Shown: positions 24,991 to 38,100 of the stretch, in pieces | Numbering within the stretch: position 1 is the stretch's first letter | Layout of the letters: every line of letters starts with the position of its first letter | NCBI GenBank assembly: GCA_964016885.1 | Contig: OZ024741.1 | Location: 281,604,001-281,668,000, forward strand | DNA length: 64,000 nt | Direction: 5' to 3' | Origin: Eledone cirrhosa | Lineage: Eukaryota | Position numbers and translations under genes: made by a program | The notes under the pieces: generated by a model | The model's database searches: none | The model's input: the letters and a program-made list of their open reading frames with translations, nothing else | What the model was told of the DNA's origin: nothing

Positions 24991-25585
24991 CGTTGACTGA
25001 CAATCCACATCCCTACATATCAACCATAATAATACACTATGTGTGTTTGTACATATATATATCCATCTGTAACTCTTTAAAACAGTACAAACATAGACAC
25101 ACAAACACAGAATGCATTTCCTATTTCATTCATGTTGCTACAAATAGACATTCACTTTCCAATCACAACGACATGGCTTCTAACCATATATTTATCTTTA
25201 TAAATAGTTATTTCTCAAAAGTGACTCATACATTTTATCATGTATGTTATTTGTACATATATGTAATTATATCCTAGAAATAAATGATTAAAATATCATT
25301 CTTATGTTTAATCATTTCCACATGTTAGTAATCAACATAAGCTATAGGGTCTCTCTTAAATAAACCATTATTTATCAATACGCACATTTCCCAGTTTGTA
25401 TGATACCAGCCTATCTGGCCTACCATTTCTGGACACCAAAAATTAAATGCATTCAATGCTATTACTGTCATTATTGATGGCACTGGTCCACTAGTAATGA
25501 AATAAAACTTGCTTTTCAATGTCTCTAGATTGTTGGAGAGCAAAATATTGATTTATATATTACATGGGAAGGAGATACTTGTTTT

Positions 25586-25586
<1 letters not shown>

Positions 25587-25678
<92 letters not shown>

Positions 25679-25950
25679 GAGAGATGGTTGTATTGTTTAG
25701 GTAAGAGAGAGAGATGGTTGTATTGTTTAGGTGAGAGAGAGAGATAGTTGTATTGTTTAGGTGAGAGAGAGAGATGGTTGTATTGTTTAGGTGAGAGAGA
25801 GAGATGGTTGTATTGTTTAGGTGAGAGAGAGAGATGGTTGTATTGTTTAGGTGAGAGAGATGGCTGTATTGTTTAGGTGAAAGAGAAAGATGGTTATATC
25901 ATATAGGTGAGAGAGAAAGAGAGATGGCTGCATTGTTTGAGAGAGAGAGA
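25587..25950. repeat. (GA)n microsatellite grading into a 30-bp minisatellite
   Basis: Unit GAGAGAGAGAGATGGTTGTATTGTTTAGGT, about 8 copies, degenerating to the right. Confidence 0.95.
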
Positions 25951-27019
25951 GTGTGTGTGTGTGTGTTGTATTCTTTAAACTTTTCATTAACATATTTCTA
26001 ATGAAATACATTTGTGTTTCAAATGATTTGAAAATAATCAAGAATTTGGTGGGGTTTAACAACATAACTAACTTTCTCATTATTATGTTGGTGTCTCAAA
26101 TATAACTTAACAAAGGTTCTGATATAAAATTATGATGGAAGGTTTTTAGATAAATATATACAATTTAATACAAACAGTTTTGCAACAGAACCAGGTGTAG
26201 TTTGAGGTGGTTTGAAACATAACTTAAAGGTTCTTACATAAAACTATGATGGAAGGTTTTTAGATAAATATAAACATTTTAATTAAGTATCACTGAATTT
26301 TGAAAATATTTAAATCTAACTTCTACTGTACTTTTTCTTGGAGAGCATCCAAAAAGAAACATTTTGATTCCTCATTTGTGAAATTTGGATGAATATTTTA
26401 GGAAATATTACAGTTTGAATGGTCAGTGAATTGGTCAAAAGCTTGCCTAATTAGGCCTCAATGAATAATTAGCCATATTTGTGATGTCATATCTTTGAAA
26501 CTAAAGTGATAATCATCTTCAAATTACACAAATTAATAGTATCCATGGGATAGCAGCTGCCTAAAATTTTTTTTTTTCAGGTTCTTAAAAATGAAACTTT
26601 TGTTTTTTTGTTTTTATGGCAATTTTTTAAATATCTATGTAAAGCCTATTTTGTGTAACAAACAGTCGATTTCGCAACACAAGAGTAATCTTTTCATGTG
26701 TTTTCAAAGCTAGCTAAATCCAAAAGTATAAGCCACAGGGACTTGAGTTTTGGTAGTAAATATAGAACTAAATATATTGTGAGATTTTGGGACATGACAC
26801 CATTTCACTAAAATTTTAATGGACTATCAAAAATGGCTATAAACAATGAAATTACAGAGATTAATGGCTGTTGCAAGCTTTTTCAGACATGGCTATATTT
26901 ATCTATCCGTTATCTGTAGGGGGCTATCCGTTATCTGTAGGGGGCTCAGTTTTGATATACTACAACGGGGTACAAAACTGAATTATCTGTGAAAGTTTGG
27001 GGCTTTATAATACATTTAA

Positions 27020-27490
27020 TAAGTATCCCTGTAGAGTTCTGCGGAAGGGGCGACACACAGTTTGCTTGATCAGTTTCATGTCAAATACATTTTTTTCCAT
27101 GAACAATTATATATCATTTGAAAGTTCTCGATGTGAACTTTCTTACAAGAACTAGTTTTTCCATTTTGTTTGTTTTTTAATCTAGGGCTACATGCAATTC
27201 TGAGAAATTTTCATTAATAATTAAATAAAACCTAATAATTTTGTTTATTAACACTTTGTAACAGGACTGTTAGTAACACTTTGGTTAACTTTTAAGCCTC
27301 AACAATGTCTGTATTGAATTCGTGACCTGGCATATGTAAGTGTTGGATTTTGATCAAAAGTATATGAGAAGAAAGTTCCCATCCAGAACTTTCAAATAAT
27401 ATATAATTTCGAACAATTTATAAGTGGATTTTTGTGTGATCAACCTGTGCTTGTTACCCCTTCTTGGAGCTCTACTCTTATACCTACTTT
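27020..27490. mobile_element. Non-autonomous DNA transposon with subterminal inverted repeats
   Basis: GTAGAGTTCTGCGGAAGGGGCGAC is inverted to GTTACCCCTTCTTGGAGCTCTAC; ATATCATTTGAAAGTTC is inverted to GAACTTTCAAATAATAT. Confidence 0.55.
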
Positions 27491-27878
27491 ATTACAAACA
27501 TTTTTGTAATAGAACCAGGGGCAGTTTAAGGTGGTTTGATATCAAAAGGTTTAAAAGTTTGAGATGGTAGTACTGTTTAGGAGAGAGGCAGCTGGATATT
27601 CCTAGGATGTACATAGTAGTCAATTTTTTATTGGAAAACCAGGGGCTGTTTCAAGCAGGTGGGTATCAAATGTTTTCAGTTGATTTTGATATTTGCATTC
27701 ATTACTGCAGCAAGAATAATTGCTGTTTAATCCGAAATCAACTCTGATCAAACAGACTTATGATCAAAAGTATTGTAGCCATGACCTCTTTTTGTTCAGA
27801 CATATTATACCCCAAACTATATTAGCTAATATGTTATTTCTTTTAAACAAAGTGATTGACTTAAGAAGCATTGAGAAA

Positions 27879-28067
27879 ATTTGAAATGTGTGCGTCCCAA
27901 CCCAAATGACCCTAATAATAACTGATCACTATAATAATTGAAAAAAATTGGGTAAAGTAACACTTTTATTCTATTTCCAAGGCTACTTTACCCGATTTTC
28001 TCAACTAATATTTATAGTGACTAACTAATATTATGGTCATTTGTGTTGGGATGTACACATTTCAAAT
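27879..28067. repeat. ~190-bp imperfect fold-back palindrome (MITE-like)
   Basis: ATTTGAAATGTGTGCGTCCCAACCCAAATGACC vs GGTCATTTGTGTTGGGATGTACACATTTCAAAT, with pairing continuing inward. Confidence 0.8.
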
Positions 28068-29360
28068 GTTTTTTTTTTGTTTTTTAATAGTAGAGTACAA
28101 TTTGAGTATAGTAATCAAGTGATTACATATGGTCTCCTTTGTTGGCTTGTGCAAAAAGTGTTTTATAGTTTGAGATTCATTGTAAAAGTAATTGCAGCAC
28201 ATAAAATAAAACAATACACAATGAAATATGTACAAAACTCAACACACTTTACCACTCAATTATGTCACCTACACACACACAGTGCTAATATATCAATACA
28301 GATGTTGCATGACATATTTGATCCCAACCACCCCTCACTTTCTTTAAAGTGTTTATATTAATTTAAAAGACCTATTATAATTTTACGTAAGAATACTTAA
28401 GTATATACATAGAGTGAGAAGGTAGATAGATGGAGATTAAATAAACAGGTTTTGTGTTTCGGATAAACACCAATTTAATATTGTGTTATATAATTCTTGT
28501 CAATTATTTTCAAATAATTTTGAAAATAGACAGTGTCTTTCTTTAAAGATATGGCAAAGAAAGAGTTAAAAATGATATTTCTCCAAACACCATTACTTAA
28601 AGTAAAATACATAATTCCATTAGGTCTTGAAAACCTCTTTTTCCAAATGAAAATATATCAAAAACAATTATTTCATAAAAATGACAACATAATTATTTTT
28701 GATAGGCTAAAAAATTCGAATTTGCAAATTTAGAAGAGAAAATTTGTAATTTTTAAAATGACATTCATTTTTATTCAAAGAAATGATTTTAGAGGGATTT
28801 TTTATCTGTAAGATCTTGTATATATATTTATGAATTTTTTCTTTATTGTATTAACGAATTACACTGCCTATGATTTTCAATTAATTTTGAAAATATTCAA
28901 AAATTTGGAGGGATTTAGTAAAATGACTAACTTTTTCATTATTAAGTTGGTGTCTGGAGCTTAATTTAAACAAAATTTTCTTACATAAAATTATGTTAGA
29001 AGGTTTAAATTTAATTATGAACACTTAAAAACGAAAGGTTTGGTACCATAGAACCAGGGGTGGAGTGGGTTAAATAAATTAAAAAAAAGAAACAACTAAC
29101 ATAATTAGTACTTATGAGAAGCACAGAAACAGAATGATTTCAAATTTTCCCTGTTGATTGATCTGAATTTTGAGGATATGTAGAGTAGACCCACAGTACT
29201 TATGTACACATTAAGTAAATGGTTTCAACTAATACTCTGTCTCTGTCTCTACCTCTGTAATAACTGTTCACCTACATATTGAGATAAGTTATAAACATCA
29301 GTATGAATGTAGTAAAAACATGTTAGACCATTTCTCACCAGAGTACTTGATACTTGGTCA

Positions 29361-29469
29361 TATGAAAGATTTGGGAGCCCCGGTGGCTGAGCTCTTGCTG
29401 TTCCAACAGCTAATTCCGAACTAGCTGTTGAAACAATAGCTCAGCCATTGGGATCCCAAATGTTTCATA
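29361..29469. repeat. 109-bp GC-richer imperfect hairpin
   Basis: TATGAAA/TTTCATA, ATTTGGGA/TCCCAAAT, TGGCTGAGCT/AGCTCAGCCA and CAACAGCTA/TAGCTGTTG around a 9-nt loop. Confidence 0.85.
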
Positions 29470-29696
29470 CTAAGTTATAAACAGAGAGTTAAGGCTCAAT
29501 TTGTTGAAAAGAGATAATTCTTTTTCACAGTTCACAGTTGATCGGAATCGTTCTTTGCAAGCTTTTCCCCATCAACATGTTCTTTCAGACACTAAGATTT
29601 GTGTCATTAATATAAAGAATATATCAAGGTGATTATAATTTGGTTCCACATATATTCACATTTAAATATGCAAATATTTATTGAACTTGTTTTCTC

Positions 29697-29734
29697 AGTA
29701 ACTAGTATTAGAACATGTTGTAATACTAGTTACT
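29697..29734. repeat. 38-bp palindrome
   Basis: AGTAACTAGTATTA-GAACATGTTG-TAATACTAGTTACT. Confidence 0.9.
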
Positions 29735-29769
29735 ATGTAGTTGCATCATGTTAATCTTATGAAGAAGGG

Positions 29770-29959
29770 GAAAGCTGGTTATATCAACCCTGAAAGGATG
29801 AGAAGCAAAGTTAATCTTAGTGGGATTAAAACCCTGAGTATAAAGAGCAAAAACAAATACTTATGAGTATTTGTCTGACACTAACACTTTTGCCAATCTC
29901 CCATCCTTGTACATAATTATAATAATTATTATTTCTAATTTAGGCATAAAGTCAGGCAT

Positions 29960-29990
<31 letters not shown>

Positions 29991-30375
29991 CAACTAAATC
30001 AACCCAGTGCATTATTGATGCTTTAATCAACCCTGTAAGCTAACCTCAGCAGGCTTTGAACTCAGAAAGCTAAGGGTCGTAACTCTATGCCACAAAATGT
30101 CTGATGCCCAATCAATATTGCCAATCCACCCACCTTTGCATACAATTATAATAATAATGGTTTCTGATTTAGGCACCACACAGCTAGCAATTTTGGGGGA
30201 GGGGAAAGTCAATTAAATTGACTCCAGTGCATTACTGGTGCTTTATTTTATTGACCCCATAAGGATGAAAGGCAAGGCTAACCTTGGCAGGATTTGAACT
30301 CAGAATGGCAAGGGCCGTAATTATGCGTCAAAGCATGGCGTCAGACCCTCTACCGATACTACCAATCCACCGCCA
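29770..30375 (-). mobile_element. Three tandem Deu/Nin-type SINEs
   Basis: Three head-to-tail copies separated by (AAT)n; the last (30150-30375) is nearly intact. Confidence 0.8.
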
Positions 30376-30869
30376 TATAATTATAATAATAACAACATAT
30401 GGTTCATAACCATAAATAATAGTTGAATAACTTGGGTAAGTTGAAAAAGTGGACAGAGATGCTGGCATAATGGTTAAATGGGCTTACCCATAACACGAGA
30501 TATGCAGAGTTTGTTTCCAAGAAGACATCTCCATTCACTTATTTTTACATCTCTAACAGTACCTTATCTGGCTTATTTAACTATTATTTATGATTATCAA
30601 CTATTATTTTAGTTATCTGCATTGGCAACAAAATTTTCAAATTTCTCAATGCTTTATAAGTCAATGAAGCCTTGTTTATTATTATTTGTATTTTAATTTG
30701 TTCTGCTTTAATTAGGATATAATTCAATCAATTTCAGATACCATATTTCTATATATAAATATGTACATTTTCCCCACTTCCAGCTAGAATTTTCACTGGC
30801 AAACATTAACATTCTTCAGCTCTAATGGCATTGCAACACTAAAACCAACAGGCGTTTTATAGCCATTTT

Positions 30870-31030
30870 TCCTTGCAAGCCCCATGACAGAATTCATTTT
30901 GATTATGGGGGGGCCTTTTGGGGGAGGCAACTTTTTACAGCCAGATATTCTTCCTGGTATTAATCCTTTTAGTCAGCTGTTATGACATGCAATGATATGG
31001 TGTATCTATTCTAAACTAGAGACACACAAC
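30870..31030 (-). mobile_element. Old SINE fragment, possibly Meta-domain type
   Basis: Shares TAA(T/C)CCTTTTAGTCA...ATATGGTGTATCTATTCTAAACT with 34133-34190; the minus strand resembles GTCGTAAGAGGCGACTAA. Confidence 0.4.
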
Positions 31031-31309
31031 ATTATTGCAACATTAGCTTTTTTTGTTACTGTATTTATGTTTCCATTAATTTTGAAAATCATCAAAAATT
31101 TAGAGAAATTTTATAAAATAATAACCTCTTCATTATTAAGTTAATGGAACATTAGTTTAATAATGAACATTATTAAGCTAATAAAAAGTTATAAAATAAC
31201 ATTATGCTAGGAACATTACTTAAAATTTTATAAATTTGATGGAAAGTTTGAATATAGATATTTTAAAATCAGGTGATTTTGTATAAAAAGGGGTTAAGAT
31301 CATAATCAT

Positions 31310-31482
31310 GATCATCAGCATCACCATTTAATGTTCATTTTTCCACATTAGCATGGGTTAGATGAGTTGTCCTGTTGTGAGATAAACTGGATCAGATGAC
31401 CATGTCTTGCTCATACATAACTGTTTGGAGCTTGGTTTCTACAGCTGGATGCCCTTCTCAATGCCAACCACACTCACAGTGT
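31310..31482 (-). mobile_element. RTE 3'-tail element
   Basis: GCATGGGTTAGATG...CAGCTGGATGCCCTTC...CACAGTG. Confidence 0.75.
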
Positions 31483-32564
31483 AAAAAATATTAATGAGTT
31501 ATTTGGTGGCCCAAGAAAACTGTAGACATGTAATGTAAAAATGTGATATCTGAAGATGTTCAAAGTAATTATGACTCAAAATGTAGAGCAATGAGGTTCA
31601 ATTAACCTTTACTCTTCCTAGAATAAATAATCTAAGAGATATAGATACTATTACTATTTCACAATAAGCCTTGAGAACTTTAGCCATTGGTAAAATAAGT
31701 GCACTTGCAATATAGAAAAATATCTAATCAATACTAGCACTGAAAAAAAAAGGAATATGAATTCAAGAGTTAACTCATAGAAAATTGGGACATGTAGCAG
31801 CTCCTCCTCCTCCTCTTTCTTCTTATAGATTTTTTGCAAAAGATCTTTCAATATCATTGCAAAGGGACTGTAGTTGTCCTTGTGAAGGAAATGTAACTGT
31901 TTCATGCCAAAATCATTTCCAGTTTCTTAACAGCATAAAATGAAAACAGTGCTATAGTTAGCATAGCCCTTTTGATGCCAAACTGCTTGACAAACTCCCT
32001 GGTTCTATGATAAAAAACAAACAAGCAAAAATAAAAATGCTTCTTTTAAAGAGGTCATATATAAAATCAAACCTCTCATTATAATTTTATATAAGAACCT
32101 TTCTTATATTATGTTCCAAACACCAACTCAATAATACTGGTTATTTATTTTACTAAAAGTCTGTGATTATTTTCAGAATTAATTGAAACACATAGGTAAT
32201 GTATTTCAATAGAAATAAGGTAACTGAAAAAGTTAAGCCGAATTATTAATTTCTTAGACTAGAAAAGTGAACCTTATTAGTTTTAAAAAATGACAGTTTA
32301 TGCACCTATTATAGAATATAATTTCTCTAACATTGTATTTTGCAGGACTTCCAGACAGTCAATTACTCAGATTGTCTGTTTGTGTGTCTTTCTAACTGAA
32401 AAATAAGTGTTTCTTTCACTTCAGCATTGAATGGTTATGGGTAGAAAGGTCATATAGTAGTTTTTAAAAATATATCCAACAATATGTAAAAATTTTAAAT
32501 TTTAAAACCCAGTCAACCTAAGCTAACAGGAACATAAATATACAAATTAATTCAGTAACATTGT

Positions 32565-33400
32565 ATGTATGTATGGATCTGTAACTCTTGGTGGGGTGTT
32601 AGGGGTACCATAGTGACATATGGCGTTTCTTGGGCATTTTAAACCTGCTAGAGCCCACCCCTCTCCATATCTGACACAACTGATTTCTTCTAGAGAAAGA
32701 GAGAAAGTGCGATAGAGAGAAGTGAAAATGAGATATAAAGGAAGAATCAACTCCAATACTGGACTGGTACTTTATTGACCTCAAAAGGATTCAAAGCATA
32801 GTTGACCTCAGTGGGATTTGAACTCCGAGCACAGGGAGGTGAAATGAATATCACAAAATATTCTGTTCGACATTCTAACAACTCTGCCAATATTCCACCT
32901 CTAACTCTTTCATTACCATATTTCTCATGAAATATATGTATTTGAATTAATGAAGAATTTTGGAGGATTTACTGAAATGATTAATTATTTCATTATTAAG
33001 ATAGTATGAGGCAGTAAAGTGGCGAATTGGCAGAGTCGTTAGAACGTCAGATAGAATGATTTGCAGTATTTGTTCAAACTCTTTGAGCTTAAATCCCGCT
33101 GGGGTCAACTTTGCCTTTCGTTCATTTAAGGTTGATAAAAAAAAAATTACCAGTCTAGTACTGGGTCGATTCTTCCTTTATATCACTTTCTCCCTTCTTC
33201 TCTCTCACTTTCTATCCTTCTCTGGCAGAAATCTGCAGTAGTCATACCTAGAGAATAGATGGTTTTTAAATGTCCTAGACATGCTGTACTCTCTCAGGAG
33301 TTGAGTCCATACATACATGAGGATAGTGGATTTTCAGAATTGTTAGAGCATTGGACAAAATAGTTTGACACATGTATTCCAACTCTTTACATTCTATGTC
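32565..33400. mobile_element. Composite SINE(-)/MITE half/SINE(+)/SINE(+)
   Basis: Two divergent SINEs with a (CATA)n-ending tail flank a piggyBac-like MITE half; an inverted paralog lies at 48650-49420. Confidence 0.75.
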
Positions 33401-33665
33401 ATGTTCTTCCATCTCTGCCAATTCATTATCCTCTACCTCAGGAGCTTTACCAGTAATTTATGTGTAATTATTGATGTAATTGAATGACAACTAGCATTTT
33501 AAGGCCATTCCTCCACTGCTAAAGCAGCGGTTAACTTTGCTAGCCCCATGACATGGGACCCTTTTTGAAGCAAGGTTTTACAATTTGATGTGCGCACGTG
33601 TGTGTGTGTGTGTGTGCGTGTGTATACACACACACACACAACTTGATGTTTGGAGCTTAACTTTA

Positions 33666-33875
33666 CCCTTTAGCATTTAAACTGGTCATATCCAGCCAGA
33701 ATTCTCTCACCTCTTTCTACTCAAACCGGGGCTGTAACCGGCCACTCGTACTTATGTTAGAGTATTGTTCTCAAAATAAATAATATCAAAATCTCTTAGA
33801 TTCAATATTAGGTGAGATAAAGACTTTACCATGAAAATATAACAATAAATATAGATTAATGTAAATGCTAAAGGG
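33666..33875. mobile_element. 221-bp-family piggyBac-like MITE nested in a longer MITE
   Basis: CCCTTTAGCATTTA...TAAATGCTAAAGGG|TTAA; the flanks rejoin to GGAGCTTAA..TTAAACAAAA as seen at ~28955. Confidence 0.8.
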
Positions 33876-35008
33876 TTAAACAAAATCTCTTTACATAAAA
33901 TTATGATGGAAAGTTTAAATTTAAAGCTATCAACTACTTCTATGGAACCTTCTAGGAACTGGAAAAAGTTTATTTCACTGCTGCTTTTACTACCAAAACT
34001 ATCCCTGTGACAAAACTACAGAACTCTTGTATACTTAACCAAGTTGTTCACGTGGCTATTACTTCGGTGGCCCATTTAGAATTAAAATACTTTTAAAATA
34101 CTTTTTACAATGATGAATATACAACTTGGTACTAACCCTTTTAGTCACCTCTTAGGACATATAGGAATATGGTGTATCTATTCTAAACTCTATAAACACA
34201 GTCAATCTTTGTAATTGGAAGAGATAACATAAAATCAGTAAATTTGCTCATTTATTTTTCTTCTATCACAGAAAGTTCCTTTGTAGAAACCATTCATAAT
34301 TCTCTTGTGAATATTATCACCCCCCCCTCCCTCCACACACACATATACACATTATCTTAACTTATATACAATAAATCAAATGTGAAATACTTTACAAATG
34401 GCCAACAATTAGCACCATTTAACATGTGAATAAATCAGAGTTTTATAATGGGAAATATTAACCTTTCTGTTGCCATATACCATGTTTATGTTTCAATTAA
34501 CTTTAGTGGGATTTAGTTTTAAAATATCTAACTTTGTCATTATCAAGCTGGTTGTATTTGGAACATAAAAGGTTCTTATAAAATATTATGATGTGAGACC
34601 TTAATTTACCCCTTTTGATAACAACTTGCCTGAAACTGCACCTGGTTCTATGATATAAAGCTATTTATTTTTAAGTATGTATATTTATCTAAAATCGTTA
34701 CATCATAATATTATGTAAGAACCTTTATTAAAGTATGTTCCAATTTCTAAATTCTTGTTTATTTTCAAAATGACGTGAAATTTTAATTTAACTTTTAACT
34801 CTTGATTTAACCTGTCTGAAAATGCCCCTAGTTTTTAGCTGTTTAAAAGTGCTTATCAAAAGACCTTCCATCATAATTTTATGTAAGAACCTTTATTAAG
34901 TCATATTTCAAACACCGAGTAAATAATGAGAGAACTAGTTATATTTAAGAGGGTGTTGTAGTTTGCTTGAAACATTGTGTTAGTGTGTAAAGTAGTATGT
35001 TATTTAAA

Positions 35009-35233
35009 GGCTATGACAATGCAAAATGGATGGCAGATTTTGAAATAAATTGGAGGCAATGACGATGTAAGAGTGTCGCCTGTAATTTTATTTACCTCTC
35101 CTAATATTTTGGGTCTGACAAAGGATTTTTAGACATGAAATATTGTGAAAAGTAAACAAAATAACAGGTGAAAACATCTTCACTGCCTTCAATTTATTCC
35201 AAAATCTACTGTCCATTTTGCTAGGTCATAGCC
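35009..35233. mobile_element. 225-bp fold-back MITE
   Basis: GGCTATGAC..GCAAAATGGA..AGATTTTG.AATAAATTG vs CAATTTATT.CAAAATCT..TCCATTTTGC..GTCATAGCC; preceded by TTAAA. Confidence 0.75.
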
Positions 35234-35807
35234 ATCAAACTTTAGTTACATTTAACTAAATCCTTCTAAATTCTTGATTATTTTCAAAAGTAATTGAAAT
35301 TCATAGGCAATGTTTTTCATTAGAAATATGGTAACGAAAGGATCAAACATAAGCATTTAAAATAACGGGGTTTCTTTTTAATCATGTAAACAGGATGTTA
35401 TCAGGTGTCTTGGTCAAAAGGGTTAACATGGTCAAAGGATTATACATATCAATATACATAATATTTACTGATTGATAAGGGAAACTGTTATTGATTCAAC
35501 ATATTAACATGCTGATTCTTTAGTATTTATAAATATATATATATCATCATCATCATCATTTTACGTCCGCTTTTCCCTGCTTATGGATTAAAAAAAACCC
35601 AAAAAACAAATGAACAAATTTATAATGAGTCCGCTGACCAAAGTAAAGTAGTTAGTTATCTAAAATATCAGCTTTACAACTAGTGAAAGGAAGTTGTGTA
35701 ACTGTAAAGTCAATTTGCTTTTGACATTAACTTCCTGTTTGTCCTCTAACACACACAATGAGGAAGAAGAGTAACATATTAATGAATTAGAAATGTGTGC
35801 AAATTGG

Positions 35808-36000
35808 TGATGATAACAATGATGATGGGGAATATGATGATGAAGAAGATAAAGACAATGAAAATGAAGATGATAATGATGAAGATTATGATGGGGATGG
35901 TTATGATGATAGGGATGGCAATGACGATAATAATGATGGTAATGATGAAAATTATGACTAATGATGATGATGATAATGATGATGATGATGATGATGAAAG
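35808..36000. repeat. Degenerate (GAT)n low-complexity tract
   Basis: Directly visible; explains the His/Met-rich ORFs. Confidence 0.9.
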
Positions 36001-36719
36001 TAATATGAATAAATAGTAGAAAATTCACTGCATGAAGAAATTTAAAGAATTTATTTTTTTTTAAAAATGAGTTTTTTTTAAAACAATTAATTCTCTATAA
36101 CAAATGAAAGTTGAGAGACCTTGCTTATATTTTTTATCTGCTATTAGTCACTGTTCATGAAATAAACAATAAAATAAATGAAACATTATGTAATGTCGAT
36201 GATGATGAAACATTATAATGGGATTTTGTTGTTGTTTTTCTCCCTTCTCTATATTTTTCTACGACCCTATTTGAGAAGAGGTCAAGCTTCCATTGTAAAG
36301 TTATAGTTTAGTCTCTAGACACAGAGAATCAACAGGAAATAACAGCTGTTTGAGAAGAAATAACAGTTTGGGGAGAAATAACTAAGTAGACTGTTTTAAT
36401 TTAGCAAACTTAATAAATGGATGAAATTAGAGACTTAGGCAGAGAACACTAAATATAGCAGAAACTTATCAAACAGAAAATTAGATCATGCCCACTACTA
36501 TTAAATATTTTGTGGCATGTTAACAACACACTATTTCAATTTTACTTAACACGGCTGCTTAAAGAAAATATCAATGTTTCTTATCACTATGAACTAGATA
36601 CAGACTAATATTTGGTGACCCAGCTTTATTCCAAATTCCCAGACAGATCAGATTTTTTTTTTCCACTTAAATTACAAAAGTAGACAATGAGAAAAAAGTT
36701 AAAATATTAAATGTCTTCT

Positions 36720-37243
36720 GCACCCATTTATTCCTGAGAGAATCCAGAGTGCTGAGTTCTCAGATAGCCTTTCCAGAGACACCGTCTTATCAGAAGAATC
36801 TGTCTCCAAATTACCCATCTGGATACCCAAGCACGACCAAATGAGCTTATGGATTTTATCCAGCTATCTCACTCATGGTCTACCTCTGGGTCTCCTGCCA
36901 GTTGGCTTGCCAGCAATTCTTTCCTTAAGCATTCTAACCACATGCAGAGGAGTAATAGCTCTATCTCGAGTGTAACGCCCAGATCTCTGACTACCCTAAT
37001 GAATAGTGTTACTCCTGAGAAGGAATCCCATTTCACAATTGTATTTTTCAGTCATTAGCCAAGATTCATGTCCATAGCTAAGGGTAGCATGAATACTGAA
37101 CTGAAAATAGTGAGTTTGACTTTTACACCTATTTCCCTTCTGCTGGCTGATTGCTGAAGCTGATGCATTATTGCAGCAGCTCCTGCAATTCTTGTAGTTA
37201 ATTCAGCCTCCTGCCTTCTATCACTCATGAAAATGTCCCCCAA
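36720..37243 (-). mobile_element. Rex3/Expander-like RTE 3' fragment
   Basis: GDIFMSD..QEAELTTRIAGAAAIM...KLTIFSSVF and GKPTGRRPRGRP. Confidence 0.75.
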
Positions 37244-37879
37244 GAGTCATTTATTTCAGTTTGGTGTACTTGATGTGGGAAATGAAGGGAAATGAAGTGA
37301 ACATAGTTTGAAAGATTAGAGGTATAAATATTAATTTTTAATTTTGGATAAGGCAGCAAATTTGGGTGATGGGCAAAGTAAATTAAATTAACCTGAGTAC
37401 TTAACTGGTGCTTTATTTTATCGACCCCGGAAGGATTAAAGGTAAGTTGACCTTGGTGGAATGCAAACAGCCAGAACAAATATCACAATGGCATTTCATC
37501 TGATGCTCTACCAATTCTGCCAATCCACCACCTGTTAGATGTGTAGATATTAACTTACAGGAACGGATATGGCACAAATGAGCTGGAAAATAAGTAGCGG
37601 TGATGTCATATTTCAGGAAGCTCAGCTTCGCAGGTTTGGACAAAAGATTGCAATAAGCAAAAATATATTCTAGAGTAAAAAAAATATATATATTCTAGAG
37701 TAAGCTTTTTTTAGAAGGTTACAGTAATGCAAATAGCAAATTAATAAGGTACCCTGCCCCCTGTTAGTTTACTCAATTCTACTTTTGATGAAGCGATTTT
37801 ATCCTGAAGTATCAAGGACTGTTAAACAGCTCCAAGGTAACATTCAAACACCTTTGTTACCATTATTTTTAACATTTAA

Positions 37880-38100
37880 CCCTTTAACATTCACATTACT
37901 CTATATATAAGATTGTATTTTGGTAGTGAACACTTTATCTTACATAATTATCTCACATAATATCAAATCTATGAGATTTTGATGTTATTTATCTTGAGAA
38001 CAATACTTTAATATCAGTATGAGTGGCCAGTTACAGCCGATTTGAACAGAAAGAGGTGATACATTTCTGGCCGGATATGGCCGGTTTAAATGCTAAAGGG
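37880..38100. mobile_element. 221-bp piggyBac-like MITE, inverted relative to the 9056 copy
   Basis: TTAA|CCCTTTAACATT ... AATGCTAAAGGG|TTAA. Confidence 0.85.

Noticed and set aside
35660-36028. His-rich and Met-rich ORFs
   Set aside because: Products of a degenerate (GAT)n tract.
37780-37822. TTGATGA-AGCGAT..ATCCT-GAAG hammerhead-like motif
   Set aside because: Substitutions in both core boxes; too degenerate to distinguish from chance.
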